Below the pieces are notes generated by a model that worked only from the letters and a program-made list of their open reading frames with translations, had not been told where the DNA came from and did not search any database. Shown in pieces: positions 49,936 through 60,740 of a stretch of DNA of 64,000 nt. Source of the DNA: a virus; IMG/VR virus record IMGVR_UViG_3300031705_000002, positions 1 to 64,000 of that record, one strand, 5' to 3'. Within the stretch, counting starts at the first letter, position 1; each line of letters begins with the position of its first letter. Made by a program: the position numbers and the translations under genes.

Positions 49936-50241
49936 TTATGCACTAAACGTTAATAAGTGAGCTCCCCTAGAAACGCTCTGACTGGTGATGTACGGAAGCT
50001 TAAATCTAATTACAGTTCTACCGTCATCGGATGTAAACACTGCATAAGGGCTTCCAATTCTATAAGTCATTACACCGTCTGCAGCTCTTAACCTCCTTGG
50101 TGCGCAGGTAACTTTACAGTTACCTCTAGTCGAAAGAACGTTGGCAGCAAAAACTTTGAATTGCTTCTTATACCTCCCTATTCTTTTAGCGGGTTTTAAG
50201 CCAAGTTGCTTTCCCCCGCCCGATCCATTTCCGTACCCCAT
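49936..50241 (-). CDS. Hypothetical basic protein
   Basis: 101-aa ORF filling the operon with 3-14 nt gaps. Confidence 0.55.
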   Translation of the reverse strand: MGYGNGSGGGKQLGLKPAKRIGRYKKQFKVFAANVLSTRGNCKVTCAPRRLRAADGVMTYRIGSPYAVFTSDDGRTVIRFKLPYITSQSVSRGAHLLTFSA

Positions 50242-50244
50242 AAC

Positions 50245-50604
50245 TTATACAACTGTTACTTCAAAAGTTGCTCCATGTCCTTTTTTATGTAAAAGTATAG
50301 CATTACCACTACCTCCTGTAGCTAAAAGAATAGAAGTTATGTTTCCATAAAACACATCTCCAGCGGTTAACGTTAAGTCGGTTGCTATAACTGTACCGTC
50401 TACAGTTATAGACGCTATTATAACCCCCGCATCATCAAGCCCATCAGCTTTTACAGCATAGAAGCTACCTGTTACTGCTGTAGAAGTTGCTTTACCCTCA
50501 GGTACTATAGTTACTCCGTGGCGAGCATAATCTAAATCCATCTGTTCGTCAAGTCTTTTCTGTACGTTTACTAGCTGGTTAGCTAAATCTCTATTTCTGT
50601 CCAT
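50245..50604 (-). CDS. Small beta-rich hypothetical protein, possibly virion-associated
   Basis: 119-aa ORF with an A-rich leader; LTAGDVFYGNITSI motif. Confidence 0.6.
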   Translation of the reverse strand: MDRNRDLANQLVNVQKRLDEQMDLDYARHGVTIVPEGKATSTAVTGSFYAVKADGLDDAGVIIASITVDGTVIATDLTLTAGDVFYGNITSILLATGGSGNAILLHKKGHGATFEVTVV

Positions 50605-50615
50605 TTTGTTTTATT

Positions 50616-53600
50616 TTAACATGTTTTACAATTACAAAGATCAGCTAACTTCTCTTTGTACATTTCTATTTTAATTTGATTACCTTCTTTTAAGGACGCT
50701 ACATACGCCTGGTATATGGCATATACTTTAAGAGCCTTCAATTGACTCTCTGTGTCTTCCTTTAAAAGATTAACAGCTGTCATAGAGTTCTCTATACAGT
50801 TATGTAACTCCGTTGAAACACAAGACCCATCATCATAAAGAGCATCAATATCATAATTGAAAGACCCTATAGTAGTACATCCAGGTTTAATTAGATTTAA
50901 AGTGAATGGCTCAAAGTAAGTTGAGTTGTACACAGTCTTAGTTTGTAGTGTATTTCCATACTCATCCTTTAGTACATACACAACCATATTATCAGATAAA
51001 ACCTTAACCCCTATAGGAGTGGATTCTGCTAAAGTAAAGCCCTCACTTACAGAGGCTCCCTCCGTAAGCGCCCCCGAAAGATCCACTAACTTCTCTCCTG
51101 TAGCTACATTGTAGATAACAAAAGCAGTGTCAGAGTAATCCGATACTGGAGACTCCTCAGTTATTACCTCTACAGTAAAACTAGTGAATTCTCCTTCATC
51201 CTCCTTAACATCTCTAGAACACCCTAGGGTATTTATAGCTAATGGAGAGCACCCTATAGAGCAGCTTCCTGGTCCAGTTTTTAAAACTATACTACCATCT
51301 GCAGTTGTAGACGATCCATGATCTAATACATGTAAAACATTCTCCCCTTTTCTTAAAGTTAAAGTTAAATCAACCCAAGAATTTAAATAGTTAAACCCTA
51401 TAGGCATAAACCCTACACAATCAGGAGAGTTTAAAATAGTAGTTATCCCTGAAGCAGTAACAGTGTTAAGGATAGTCCCTGATATAGTATACAGTATGTA
51501 GTCTATATTAGCTTCCGCCCCTTCAGGTTCTACAGTAATAGTGTAAACACCTGATAAATCCTCAGTACCTTCAACGTCTTCAAGCTCTATTAGGGTTTGA
51601 CATAACGACATATCAGGAGTCCAGTAAGTAGGATCCGAAGTTGCCTCAGGGTTAAACTCCAAGTAGTCAGTGTTAGGACAGTATGATGTAGGCACTATGT
51701 ACTCACATACACTGTTATCAGATATTTCACAATCCCCAAGTATCTCTGAAAAGGAAACAGCTACTGTATCAGTACACACTGATAAATATCCCCCACTAGT
51801 TATACAAGGATCTACACAGGCTCCACACACCCCTGCATCAGGAATGTATAAAGTGCTTGTAGGAGCAGTAGTAAGATTCCCTACACTAGTAACAATACTT
51901 ACTACGCCTCCCGTAGACAGTGTTTGAGCTTGACTTTGACTTATAGCTCCTGAGGTTAGTAAGAACATTACGTTATTACTTTCCGTACCCCAATCCTCAT
52001 ACTGACAAACTCCTGTACATACATATACCGTAGTCACATTAGAGTCTAAGTCTGGGAAATAAGGAGCAAACGAGATGCCCTGAGTAAGTTCCGCTATAGT
52101 TCCGTCAGGATCTAAAGCCATTAAAACTCTATATACATGGTAATTAGTTTCATAAAAGTTTTGAGGTGTAGCGGTTGTTTCGTCCTGATACACAGCTAAG
52201 TGCACAAACCCCTCTATAGTTCCGTGCTCTATAACGTCTGTGTCTACATCTAGTTTAGTTACAGATATTATATTAGAACCAATATAAGAACCAAATACAT
52301 CTTCAATATAAACATTATCTATTAGTTCATCCGTCACTCGGAAGTAGAAGGAAACCGCCTTACCTATAACTGTTGATACAGTGTTTGAGTCTATAGAGCT
52401 TACACTTCCTAACACCCCCGTAATAGTATTAACGGAAGGATTAGTTATAGAGTATGAGAACGTAACCTCCGCATTTTCATCAGCTCCTGCTAAAGTAAGG
52501 GTAGGGTTAAGTCTAGTTATATTTTGACATCTTTTAGTTATATACGGATTATCCCTCGTATAAACTACCTCCCCAGGTATAGGTAGGAGTTCAGATATTA
52601 CATCGTTAAGTCCTACCTCTAAATCATAATAACCTATAGTATAAGTATCTTCCCCGTTAACATTAGAGTAGGTACCTGTATGATGAGTAATTATTGGATT
52701 ACCACTAAAGTATACAGCGTCTACAGAAGAATCTAGAACAGTAAAGTCCTCAGGGTTTGTGATACCGAAGTATTCACAATTACCCCCCTCCACTAAAGCG
52801 GTAGGGTCATGATTGTACGCCTGTGGGTCTGTACATCCCGTACAAGTACTGTTGTTCCCGTCACACACTCCACACAGATCTACTGTAGAACCTTGACAAT
52901 CACATACATCGCCAGGAGTAGTAGTGCCTATTACAAACGTAGTCGCATTGTTACACTCACATTGAGGCACAACCTCATTAGGGCCATTACAAATGAGACA
53001 AGCATCAAGCGTTGAAGTACCTCCCTGAACGCCTGCACAGTCCGTATCCGTCTCTGTTCCTAAAAGAACACAAGCACCAACAAATTCGTCATACACATAC
53101 CCTGAGCAACACTCGCCGAAAGCAAGTGGGGCTAAACTGGCATAACTCGAGCACCCACCTGGAGCACAGTATTGGTTGCCAGCTAAAGTGTATATAGTAG
53201 TAGCTTCATCATAAACTGCTCCTACCACAAATTCTGTTGTAGACACCATGCAGTCATCAAATGTAACAGTGTTGTCACAGGAATTAGAGATCCCTCCAGG
53301 GGAGTATTCTACGGTATATGAGGGAGCTGCAGCTCCGTCAACGCACCCACAGTTAGGTGAAGCGAAAGGGATATTCCCCTCACAGTCGCAGTAACCTTCA
53401 GGTATATCAGCACACGCACATTCATATTCTGTAGCCTCAACTGTAGGGTCGAAGCATCCGCACTCTCCCATCTCGAAAGGTGTGGAAGTAAGAACGCCCT
53501 CCACGCCATGCGGAATACATTCATTACACTCGTCACTAAAACCTTCGCAGCCATCCACCCCTAAAGACTCAGTTAAAGGTATCCACATCGGAGTCCCTGC

Positions 53601-56600
53601 ATAATTTAATTCTTGCAGGGTAGGGTCTCCAGGGCATATCGCAGAGCTTGAATATGATGCATGATACCCGTCGCCGTCTATGTCTAACACATATAGAGAC
53701 GTCGTATCACTACATATTATCGCCCCTTCAGCATCGTAGCACTGTTGGTTGAAGTCCGCTATATTACTCTCTCCAGCGCAATCGCAATACTGTCCATGTA
53801 CCTCTGTAGAGTTTTGTCCCGCACAGTTACATAAAGAATTGTCTATAAAGTTTCCACCACAATCACAGTTAACATCCAGTTGGCCTGTACCGCCATCACA
53901 GTCACATACACCGTATGCCTGTAAGTATGTTATGGTATTTTGATCTAAATTCCCCGCTAAGTGGTCTGTGTACTGATCACAATTGCAGTACCCGTTACTA
54001 TCAGAAATAACAGTGTCAGGGTTGTTAGTACAATCCGTACAATTAGATATACCTGCCCCTAAATAAGAGGGAGTCAAACCTCCTGCACCATCACAGTTGC
54101 AAGCATTCGTAGGATTTACACAAAGACTCTCTAAGTGTTCAGAAGGATAAAGGTCGTCACCAGAGTTTAGAAGTAAACCATCCTCCACAAAAGATCCTGA
54201 AGTTCCGTATCCGTTACAGTTAGTAGTATCTGTTAATAAATCTGAGCATCCATAGAAGGTGCATGCAGATAAATCTTCTACACAATCAGTGACGCCTTGG
54301 CACCCTGCTGCAGAAGTGTTATTTCCTAGGTTTGTCCCCTGAGGACATTCATAGCATGCGGTTGTTTGGGTTCCTGTGCCTTCTAGGTATACAGCGCCAG
54401 ACCCTGCACCAGTTACATCGCCATTGGTATGGCAAACCCCACACTGATCCACGTGAGTAACTCTGTAATCTCCCATACATACATCACAGGCATCCCCAAA
54501 GGTGCCTTCATCAAACGGGGGAGTCGTACAGCTACCATCATTGACGTTAGCTAGGGGATTAAAATTACAACACCAGTCATACGTACATCCAAATATAGGA
54601 AGAATGTAACCTAGATCCTCTCCTATATCAGTTACAATTCCCCCAAACTCTCCTTTAGCGGGTAGTAATGGGTAGGCTCCAAGGGAATCCCCCTTATAGA
54701 GATCTATACCAAACGCAATGCGAACCGCGTCAAAGTCTTCAGGGTTAACTAATCTAGATATTCTAGAGTGGAAGTTAGTACCTATATATATATGCCCATT
54801 AGGCAACTTTAAAATATTGTTTATAAGTCCTGCAGCGTTTACATCCTCTACATCAAGAAGATTCCGTTTTATGTCGTTCGCCGAAATAACAGTACCAGCA
54901 GGTAGGTGGGTAAGGGGTGAAAAACCAACCTGCCCTCGTTTATATTTTCTTATACCTCGAATATCCCCCGCTCCATCCGCAACAGTAACATATACGATGT
55001 CTACTGCCAGTTCCATAGAAGCTATAGAACCATATACTGAATCAAATAGCTCTGATAAAGACATAGTTATTACAGTCGTCGACCCACTAGTTGGAAGTGT
55101 AGCCAAAGAGGGAGCGCCGTTGTTGCTTGTATAACTAAGTGCATACAAGGCTTCAGATACTTTTAGTATCCCCCCATCAAACGTACCTGACGTACCTGAT
55201 AAATCTGTAGACAAATGCTCTGTTAAAGTAGATGTAGAAATATCGTTAACAATAGGAAACGATTGTAGTTTCATTGTAACACCTATATGGGTATAAACAT
55301 ATATAACAGTTCTGTTACCTAGACCTGTATTTATAACACAAGTATCTACTATTACTTCTGATTCAGGTATAGTTAATATCTCTCCCTCCAAAACTACTGT
55401 ACCTAAACACATACCCCAAGGAGCTGTGAAGGAGGTACATCCTATACCAAAAGTCAACTTATAACTTTTAAATACATTGCCATCTAAGGTTATTATTTTA
55501 TAGTGAAAATCATCTAATCCTGTGTAAGTTTCCACAGAAATAACCTCTCCCTCTATAACGCTTAGTGTGTCTCCTATTCTATTCAGCACAGTGTATGCCT
55601 CCTCGCCGTTTATTTTCGCTACAACTGCAACTAAAACTCCGTTAGATGACACTATCCTAGCTCCCTCTACGGATAAGTCAATATTTTTATTATTTATATA
55701 ATATTCAAAAGAAGAAACGTCAGCAGGTAAAGATAAATCTTTAAGATTTACTGCTTCTCTCCCTACATTTGTAGCTACATACATATATTCCTCACTATCC
55801 CCTATAGGTAAAAAAGCTCCTGGAGGTGTAGGGGTTATTATATTTAATTGCCTGTGGTTGTTCGGGTCTCTCCATTCGAGGGAGTGCGTTAGCAAAAATT
55901 CTTCATAAGAATTAAAACTTACAGCTACTCCTAGACCTGTTTCTAAGCTAATTTTTGCAGTATCTATGACTAGCGAATTGTTGTGACCCTCTAATGGGAG
56001 AGGCAACTCCTTGATAAGTATGTCAGGCAAATTAATCAAAGTGTCTACAGATGTCTGAAGGTCAGGGGTAGGTATAACTATATACTCTGTACTACCTTTG
56101 GCGTACACATGTATAGCTCCATCCTTACTTAATGAAATATCTGTTATAGTACTAGATAAAGGATTGCTTATAGATACGATACTAGACCTTATTTCTCCGT
56201 GTATTTCATTCTCAAAGAATTCCTCGGAATTAAGTCTGGTTAAATTGTATACTGTTATATACTGATCTCCGCTACTAGCGTCTTCCGATATAGTATATAG
56301 AAAATTATCATGAGGAGATAGAACTGCTTTTTTAAATAAAACGCCATAATCTCCTTCAGTAAGATTGTGATCTGTGTTTGGTGCTGCAGCGTACATATGT
56401 ATTTCTAATCCGTCCACTTCGGTGGGGGCTAGTAACGCTCCACTTATATTATCTACATACGTAAGTATAAACCCAAACTTCCCGCCTATAACTACCAGTT
56501 TTTTACCTATCCCTAAGTCTGTTGCACCAGAGTTAAGTAGTGTCGTTACCTGGGATGACACTAGATGCCCTGAGCGTAATCTACTAGATATAATAAAAGG

Positions 56601-58484
56601 AATATCATTAAGTTTAGCACTATCGTAATCTCCGCTCCCATAATCCACCCCCGTGTAAACCTCAGTTTCTAAGTCTAAGATAGCATCTAAACCGTCTCCA
56701 TCCGTTATACCTAGTGTACTAAAATCTAAATATCCCTCCTCGTCTGTAAGGAATTTTACTCCAGGTATGTTATACATCCTAGATAAACTTTTTGAAAGAC
56801 CTCTAGAATCAAGTCCGTCGGACTCGAAGAAACTGTACCCTTTGAAGGTTATTGTATAGGCTTTAGCGTCCCCCATACCATCAGTCATCAGTCTTGCAGA
56901 CATTCCAGTTCCCCCTCCCACTATGTCACCACCCTGCTCTACATATTGGTTTCTAGCACTTCTAATATTTACTACATCACTCTGCTGTATACTAACATCT
57001 AACAACTCTAAATCTCTATATACCGTATAACTGTCTTGTACAGGAGATAATGCCAATGTGAGTGTTCTAGGAAGAGTCATCCCTATAAATGAGGTACCAG
57101 CATCCTGTGTACGCGATGAGAGTATTGAGGCAACCCTACCATGAAAAGCTTTAGATTTACCTACAGAATTCTCTGCATAGTATATAGTACTTTCGTCTTC
57201 AAAAAGACCTGAACTCTCTATAATACCCCCTACAAACTCTCCTCCTATAACAATACCTGGAGTATCTATATGGAAAGTATTTACAATCTCCCCTAATTCT
57301 ACGTCAGGGTTGTCGCAGTCTATCCCTGGGTAATCCGCAGGGGTTCTATCTAAAATAGTCTTAACAGATAGGTACGCGCCAGAGGTAAAAAATATATTGG
57401 TATATTCCTCCCCTACATCTGTAACACTTCGAACAGAGAGAAACTTCTCCTTAGCCACAAACTCTGAGGGCTCTAAATCTGTGTGAAGACCTGTACCATG
57501 GTAAAAGTTCGCCATAGAGGTTCCAAGCCTATCTGAAATGGATGCCACCCATTTACCATCTAAAATACCAATAAATATATAGTTTAAAACTATAGAGTTT
57601 TCTTCTAATATTGAAGAGGATGTTACGTAGTCTAGGGTATCACTCTTAACGGGGGAAACATAAGAAGCCCCACTCATCAAATCAACATAATTAAACATAT
57701 CCTCAAACGCCCCTAAGAGTATATAGTTGTGGGTAGGTACCACAAACCTTGAAGCATCTATATCATGGAAGGTTTTTGTTTTAACAACTTTGGCGCAAGA
57801 TCCATCATCTACGTTAGCATTAGAATTAAAGTTAGAAGATAAAGAATTAGTACACCCATAAACCCAAGGGTTAGTGCTATTTGTACCTCCGTATAGTTTA
57901 AAAATATGTGACTTTAAAATCTTATATCTATTCAGCACATAAGTAGTAATATCTCCTTCGGGAGATGTTCTGATGCCGTGTTTACTATGAAACACGTTCC
58001 CGTGGTATGAAACGTTAACTACTGTATCTCCCTTCTGATCTCCTAACCCTAAAAGGTTACCTATGTAATGTAAGGTAGCGGGCATCATGTTTACCCTCTT
58101 AGGTAATAGTGTAGTACCCCAAGAAGTGGAATTACTGTATGTGATTGAAGTCTTAGTAACTTTTGTATCAGTAATTGCAGAAGAAAAGTCAAACAAAATG
58201 TCTGCCTCCTTTTTGCTTACCTCCTTAAACTTAACAAGTAGATTCCCGTCCAGGTGCATATTATTACTATACAAGTCTGTCAATAGGGACTCCCATTGAA
58301 ATAATGCATTATGTATATCTATGACAATACCTCCTATATCACTAGGAACTTTAGACGAATCCTGGAAATAGTTTGTATCTATATGGTAACCCAACTCTAA
58401 TATATCAGAACTTCCCGCTTTAACATTGTTAATAGCAGTAAGTAACGGTTGGAATATCTTTAATGAGTTTAATTTATAAGCCAT
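50616..58484 (-). CDS. Giant acidic, Cys-rich putative tail appendage protein (2622 aa)
   Basis: Degenerate matrixin-like N-terminus, beta-propeller-like segments, about 600-aa Cys-rich block, GCT..NY..A..DDGSC repeats, C-terminal CNCKTC. Confidence 0.65.
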   Translation of the reverse strand: MAYKLNSLKIFQPLLTAINNVKAGSSDILELGYHIDTNYFQDSSKVPSDIGGIVIDIHNALFQWESLLTDLYSNNMHLDGNLLVKFKEVSKKEADILFDFSSAITDTKVTKTSITYSNSTSWGTTLLPKRVNMMPATLHYIGNLLGLGDQKGDTVVNVSYHGNVFHSKHGIRTSPEGDITTYVLNRYKILKSHIFKLYGGTNSTNPWVYGCTNSLSSNFNSNANVDDGSCAKVVKTKTFHDIDASRFVVPTHNYILLGAFEDMFNYVDLMSGASYVSPVKSDTLDYVTSSSILEENSIVLNYIFIGILDGKWVASISDRLGTSMANFYHGTGLHTDLEPSEFVAKEKFLSVRSVTDVGEEYTNIFFTSGAYLSVKTILDRTPADYPGIDCDNPDVELGEIVNTFHIDTPGIVIGGEFVGGIIESSGLFEDESTIYYAENSVGKSKAFHGRVASILSSRTQDAGTSFIGMTLPRTLTLALSPVQDSYTVYRDLELLDVSIQQSDVVNIRSARNQYVEQGGDIVGGGTGMSARLMTDGMGDAKAYTITFKGYSFFESDGLDSRGLSKSLSRMYNIPGVKFLTDEEGYLDFSTLGITDGDGLDAILDLETEVYTGVDYGSGDYDSAKLNDIPFIISSRLRSGHLVSSQVTTLLNSGATDLGIGKKLVVIGGKFGFILTYVDNISGALLAPTEVDGLEIHMYAAAPNTDHNLTEGDYGVLFKKAVLSPHDNFLYTISEDASSGDQYITVYNLTRLNSEEFFENEIHGEIRSSIVSISNPLSSTITDISLSKDGAIHVYAKGSTEYIVIPTPDLQTSVDTLINLPDILIKELPLPLEGHNNSLVIDTAKISLETGLGVAVSFNSYEEFLLTHSLEWRDPNNHRQLNIITPTPPGAFLPIGDSEEYMYVATNVGREAVNLKDLSLPADVSSFEYYINNKNIDLSVEGARIVSSNGVLVAVVAKINGEEAYTVLNRIGDTLSVIEGEVISVETYTGLDDFHYKIITLDGNVFKSYKLTFGIGCTSFTAPWGMCLGTVVLEGEILTIPESEVIVDTCVINTGLGNRTVIYVYTHIGVTMKLQSFPIVNDISTSTLTEHLSTDLSGTSGTFDGGILKVSEALYALSYTSNNGAPSLATLPTSGSTTVITMSLSELFDSVYGSIASMELAVDIVYVTVADGAGDIRGIRKYKRGQVGFSPLTHLPAGTVISANDIKRNLLDVEDVNAAGLINNILKLPNGHIYIGTNFHSRISRLVNPEDFDAVRIAFGIDLYKGDSLGAYPLLPAKGEFGGIVTDIGEDLGYILPIFGCTYDWCCNFNPLANVNDGSCTTPPFDEGTFGDACDVCMGDYRVTHVDQCGVCHTNGDVTGAGSGAVYLEGTGTQTTACYECPQGTNLGNNTSAAGCQGVTDCVEDLSACTFYGCSDLLTDTTNCNGYGTSGSFVEDGLLLNSGDDLYPSEHLESLCVNPTNACNCDGAGGLTPSYLGAGISNCTDCTNNPDTVISDSNGYCNCDQYTDHLAGNLDQNTITYLQAYGVCDCDGGTGQLDVNCDCGGNFIDNSLCNCAGQNSTEVHGQYCDCAGESNIADFNQQCYDAEGAIICSDTTSLYVLDIDGDGYHASYSSSAICPGDPTLQELNYAGTPMWIPLTESLGVDGCEGFSDECNECIPHGVEGVLTSTPFEMGECGCFDPTVEATEYECACADIPEGYCDCEGNIPFASPNCGCVDGAAAPSYTVEYSPGGISNSCDNTVTFDDCMVSTTEFVVGAVYDEATTIYTLAGNQYCAPGGCSSYASLAPLAFGECCSGYVYDEFVGACVLLGTETDTDCAGVQGGTSTLDACLICNGPNEVVPQCECNNATTFVIGTTTPGDVCDCQGSTVDLCGVCDGNNSTCTGCTDPQAYNHDPTALVEGGNCEYFGITNPEDFTVLDSSVDAVYFSGNPIITHHTGTYSNVNGEDTYTIGYYDLEVGLNDVISELLPIPGEVVYTRDNPYITKRCQNITRLNPTLTLAGADENAEVTFSYSITNPSVNTITGVLGSVSSIDSNTVSTVIGKAVSFYFRVTDELIDNVYIEDVFGSYIGSNIISVTKLDVDTDVIEHGTIEGFVHLAVYQDETTATPQNFYETNYHVYRVLMALDPDGTIAELTQGISFAPYFPDLDSNVTTVYVCTGVCQYEDWGTESNNVMFLLTSGAISQSQAQTLSTGGVVSIVTSVGNLTTAPTSTLYIPDAGVCGACVDPCITSGGYLSVCTDTVAVSFSEILGDCEISDNSVCEYIVPTSYCPNTDYLEFNPEATSDPTYWTPDMSLCQTLIELEDVEGTEDLSGVYTITVEPEGAEANIDYILYTISGTILNTVTASGITTILNSPDCVGFMPIGFNYLNSWVDLTLTLRKGENVLHVLDHGSSTTADGSIVLKTGPGSCSIGCSPLAINTLGCSRDVKEDEGEFTSFTVEVITEESPVSDYSDTAFVIYNVATGEKLVDLSGALTEGASVSEGFTLAESTPIGVKVLSDNMVVYVLKDEYGNTLQTKTVYNSTYFEPFTLNLIKPGCTTIGSFNYDIDALYDDGSCVSTELHNCIENSMTAVNLLKEDTESQLKALKVYAIYQAYVASLKEGNQIKIEMYKEKLADLCNCKTC
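52770..54600 (-). repeat. Cys-rich protein repeat region (CxC, DxCGVC, DCAG units)
   Basis: DQCGVC, CNCD, CDCDG, CDCAG, DECNEC, CDCEG, DCAGVQGG, DACLICNG, DLCGVCDG in the 2622-aa protein; degenerate at DNA level. Confidence 0.8.
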
Positions 58485-58495
58485 CTGTATTTATC

Positions 58496-60007
58496 TTATT
58501 TTAAAGGTTTTACTATAAACATATGACCTAGGGCGTCATTTAAAGCTGTCGCGCACTTTAGAGTCCCCTGCACAGAAAAAGTACTAAGCCAGTTATCTAA
58601 ATCTACACTTGCAAAATTATTATTAACAACTACCCCGTCTACTGCAATAGAAGATACAATATACGCCCGAAGATCAGAAGACTTAAGAACAGTAGCAGTT
58701 AATTTAAAAGTTCCTACGGCTGATATAGTCCCAGTAGTAGCTATTGACACACTATTAATCATAATGTCTGCTGAATTATTAGTAGTATCACTGAAGCTGC
58801 CATAGTATTCTATCTCAAACCCTTCATTTACATCGTACTCTGATAGATCTATATCAAAAGAATATATAGGATCATCAGCATTTAAAACTAAAGCGTACTT
58901 TTTGGCCGCACTTTTTAAAATACCTGAACCTGAACCTGAAGATATGTTCTCTCTTTTATTATGAGTATTACTTTCTATATAATAATCCTTTCCATCGTTA
59001 TAGATAGAAACAGCTTGATACTTTTGGTTTAAAGTTAATGTAGGAGCAGACTCTATAGTATCCTGAGAACTAGTGCTCACAACTATATTATTTATATCTG
59101 CATATCCATACTCGTCTTTTATTACAAACTTAGTAAGCTTGGGATTTTGTAAAGACTTTACACTAGGTAATGTAATAGATACAGACCCTCTTCTGGAATC
59201 CGCAGCTATAATACCTCTATCGCTTTCCTTAGCTATGAATGCATTAAAATCAACTAACCTTCTATTAAACATACTACTACCTTCTAAAACCTCTCTAATA
59301 CTTCTAGGAGACATAGCGGATAAAGAGCTGGTTAGGTTTTGAGAGTCCTCCGATGAGGATAACTTTAATATACCTGCCACCTCTTCTGTGGCGAATACTA
59401 CGTTAGTATTTATAATAGCAAACTGAGTCCCCACCTCTCCATGCGTTCCTCCAGCACTTCCTGCTGTACATATTATAATATCCCCTTTCTGCACGCTAGG
59501 ACCATTAAGGGCGAACTTAGGGTACTCTTTCATGGAGATATAAGTATCTCCTGCTGCAGACCTAGGGTAGACACTCCCATCAAGTTCTTTTATTGTCTTT
59601 AAAGATGCAACCAAGAGAGAGTCTGCATACCTTTTGTTAATTAAATCGTCATTGCTAAACATCGTCACCTTATCATACGTTAAGGGGGCAGATATTTTAG
59701 AAGATCCATCTACCTTAATTAGGTGAGCAACCTTAGTGTCTACATAAGATTTATTTGAAGCATCTCCTCCTACCTTAGGTGAGGGTACCTTTAAAGGTTT
59801 AACTAATACTGGGTTGTTTTTATTTAAAGTGTTCTTTTGTATATCCTTCTTTAGCGTCCTTAACTCTGCAGCCAGCTTATCGCCACTCAGAGTCAGGACC
59901 TTAGTAAGATCACTCACACTTATATTCTTAACTTTGCCTCCCTGTACTATAGTTAAAAGATCAGAACTGGTAGGTTTGGTCGTTTTAGGTAAATTCGATA
60001 TTTTCAT
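58496..60007 (-). CDS. Tail fibre-like structural protein (503 aa)
   Basis: MKISNLP...DLLTIVQGG..K head; DASNKSYVD / DLINKRYAD repeats; AGILKLSS; SITLPS...IKDEYG domain typical of fibres. Confidence 0.7.
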   Translation of the reverse strand: MKISNLPKTTKPTSSDLLTIVQGGKVKNISVSDLTKVLTLSGDKLAAELRTLKKDIQKNTLNKNNPVLVKPLKVPSPKVGGDASNKSYVDTKVAHLIKVDGSSKISAPLTYDKVTMFSNDDLINKRYADSLLVASLKTIKELDGSVYPRSAAGDTYISMKEYPKFALNGPSVQKGDIIICTAGSAGGTHGEVGTQFAIINTNVVFATEEVAGILKLSSSEDSQNLTSSLSAMSPRSIREVLEGSSMFNRRLVDFNAFIAKESDRGIIAADSRRGSVSITLPSVKSLQNPKLTKFVIKDEYGYADINNIVVSTSSQDTIESAPTLTLNQKYQAVSIYNDGKDYYIESNTHNKRENISSGSGSGILKSAAKKYALVLNADDPIYSFDIDLSEYDVNEGFEIEYYGSFSDTTNNSADIMINSVSIATTGTISAVGTFKLTATVLKSSDLRAYIVSSIAVDGVVVNNNFASVDLDNWLSTFSVQGTLKCATALNDALGHMFIVKPLK

Positions 60008-60017
60008 TATTCGTTAT

Positions 60018-60734
60018 TTATACATCTAATGGACGACCATCTTCAGTAGTTAGTGACTTATTATCATTTAATCTTAGAACCTCTCTCTCTTGAGGCGTTT
60101 TCTTGAACTCTGCCTTCACCTCTAAGTACTTATTATTAGAGTATGAGATACCCATCTCTACCGCCACCTTATCTAGAAGAGCATCCCAGTGTTTAATAGC
60201 GTTGACACTTAGTGGTTGAGTAGGGGATACGTAATAATCAACCCCACCCGACACTCTAGGGTGCGCAGACACAGAGGCATTAGAGATAGTTACACTACCT
60301 CCATTATATTTAGACCCCTTAGGGAAGGTAAACGACAGAGAATTATTTTGCACGTCTAATGTAGCCCCTATTGTAGGGTGAAATACATCTATATTTAGTA
60401 AAGATTGATTTTCTTCTATATTAAGTTTTCCTATTAACTCCCTAAAACCCTCTAATGTGGTTATAAATACATTAACGGTTGCAGGGTAGGTTACCATAGA
60501 CGACGAGGACACCACAACCGATATAGGGTTAGGTGTGCGGGATGTTATATTTATAGGCTCCTTTATTGTGTCCCCTAAAAGATCTAACCATGAGGCCAAT
60601 ACATTATATGTAGACTCCATCTTCCTGTTACTTCTTCCTGAGGACAGCTTAGATATTATTTTAAAGGAGTATTCCCTAAAGGAATACCTAGCCTGTATAT
60701 ATTTCTTATATATAGATAGTTGTGTAGCAGTCAT
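60018..60734 (-). CDS. Hypothetical structural protein (238 aa)
   Basis: Coupled ORF; C-terminal LTTEDG motif often found just before fibre genes. Confidence 0.55.
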   Translation of the reverse strand: MTATQLSIYKKYIQARYSFREYSFKIISKLSSGRSNRKMESTYNVLASWLDLLGDTIKEPINITSRTPNPISVVVSSSSMVTYPATVNVFITTLEGFRELIGKLNIEENQSLLNIDVFHPTIGATLDVQNNSLSFTFPKGSKYNGGSVTISNASVSAHPRVSGGVDYYVSPTQPLSVNAIKHWDALLDKVAVEMGISYSNNKYLEVKAEFKKTPQEREVLRLNDNKSLTTEDGRPLDV

Positions 60735-60740
60735 GTTATA

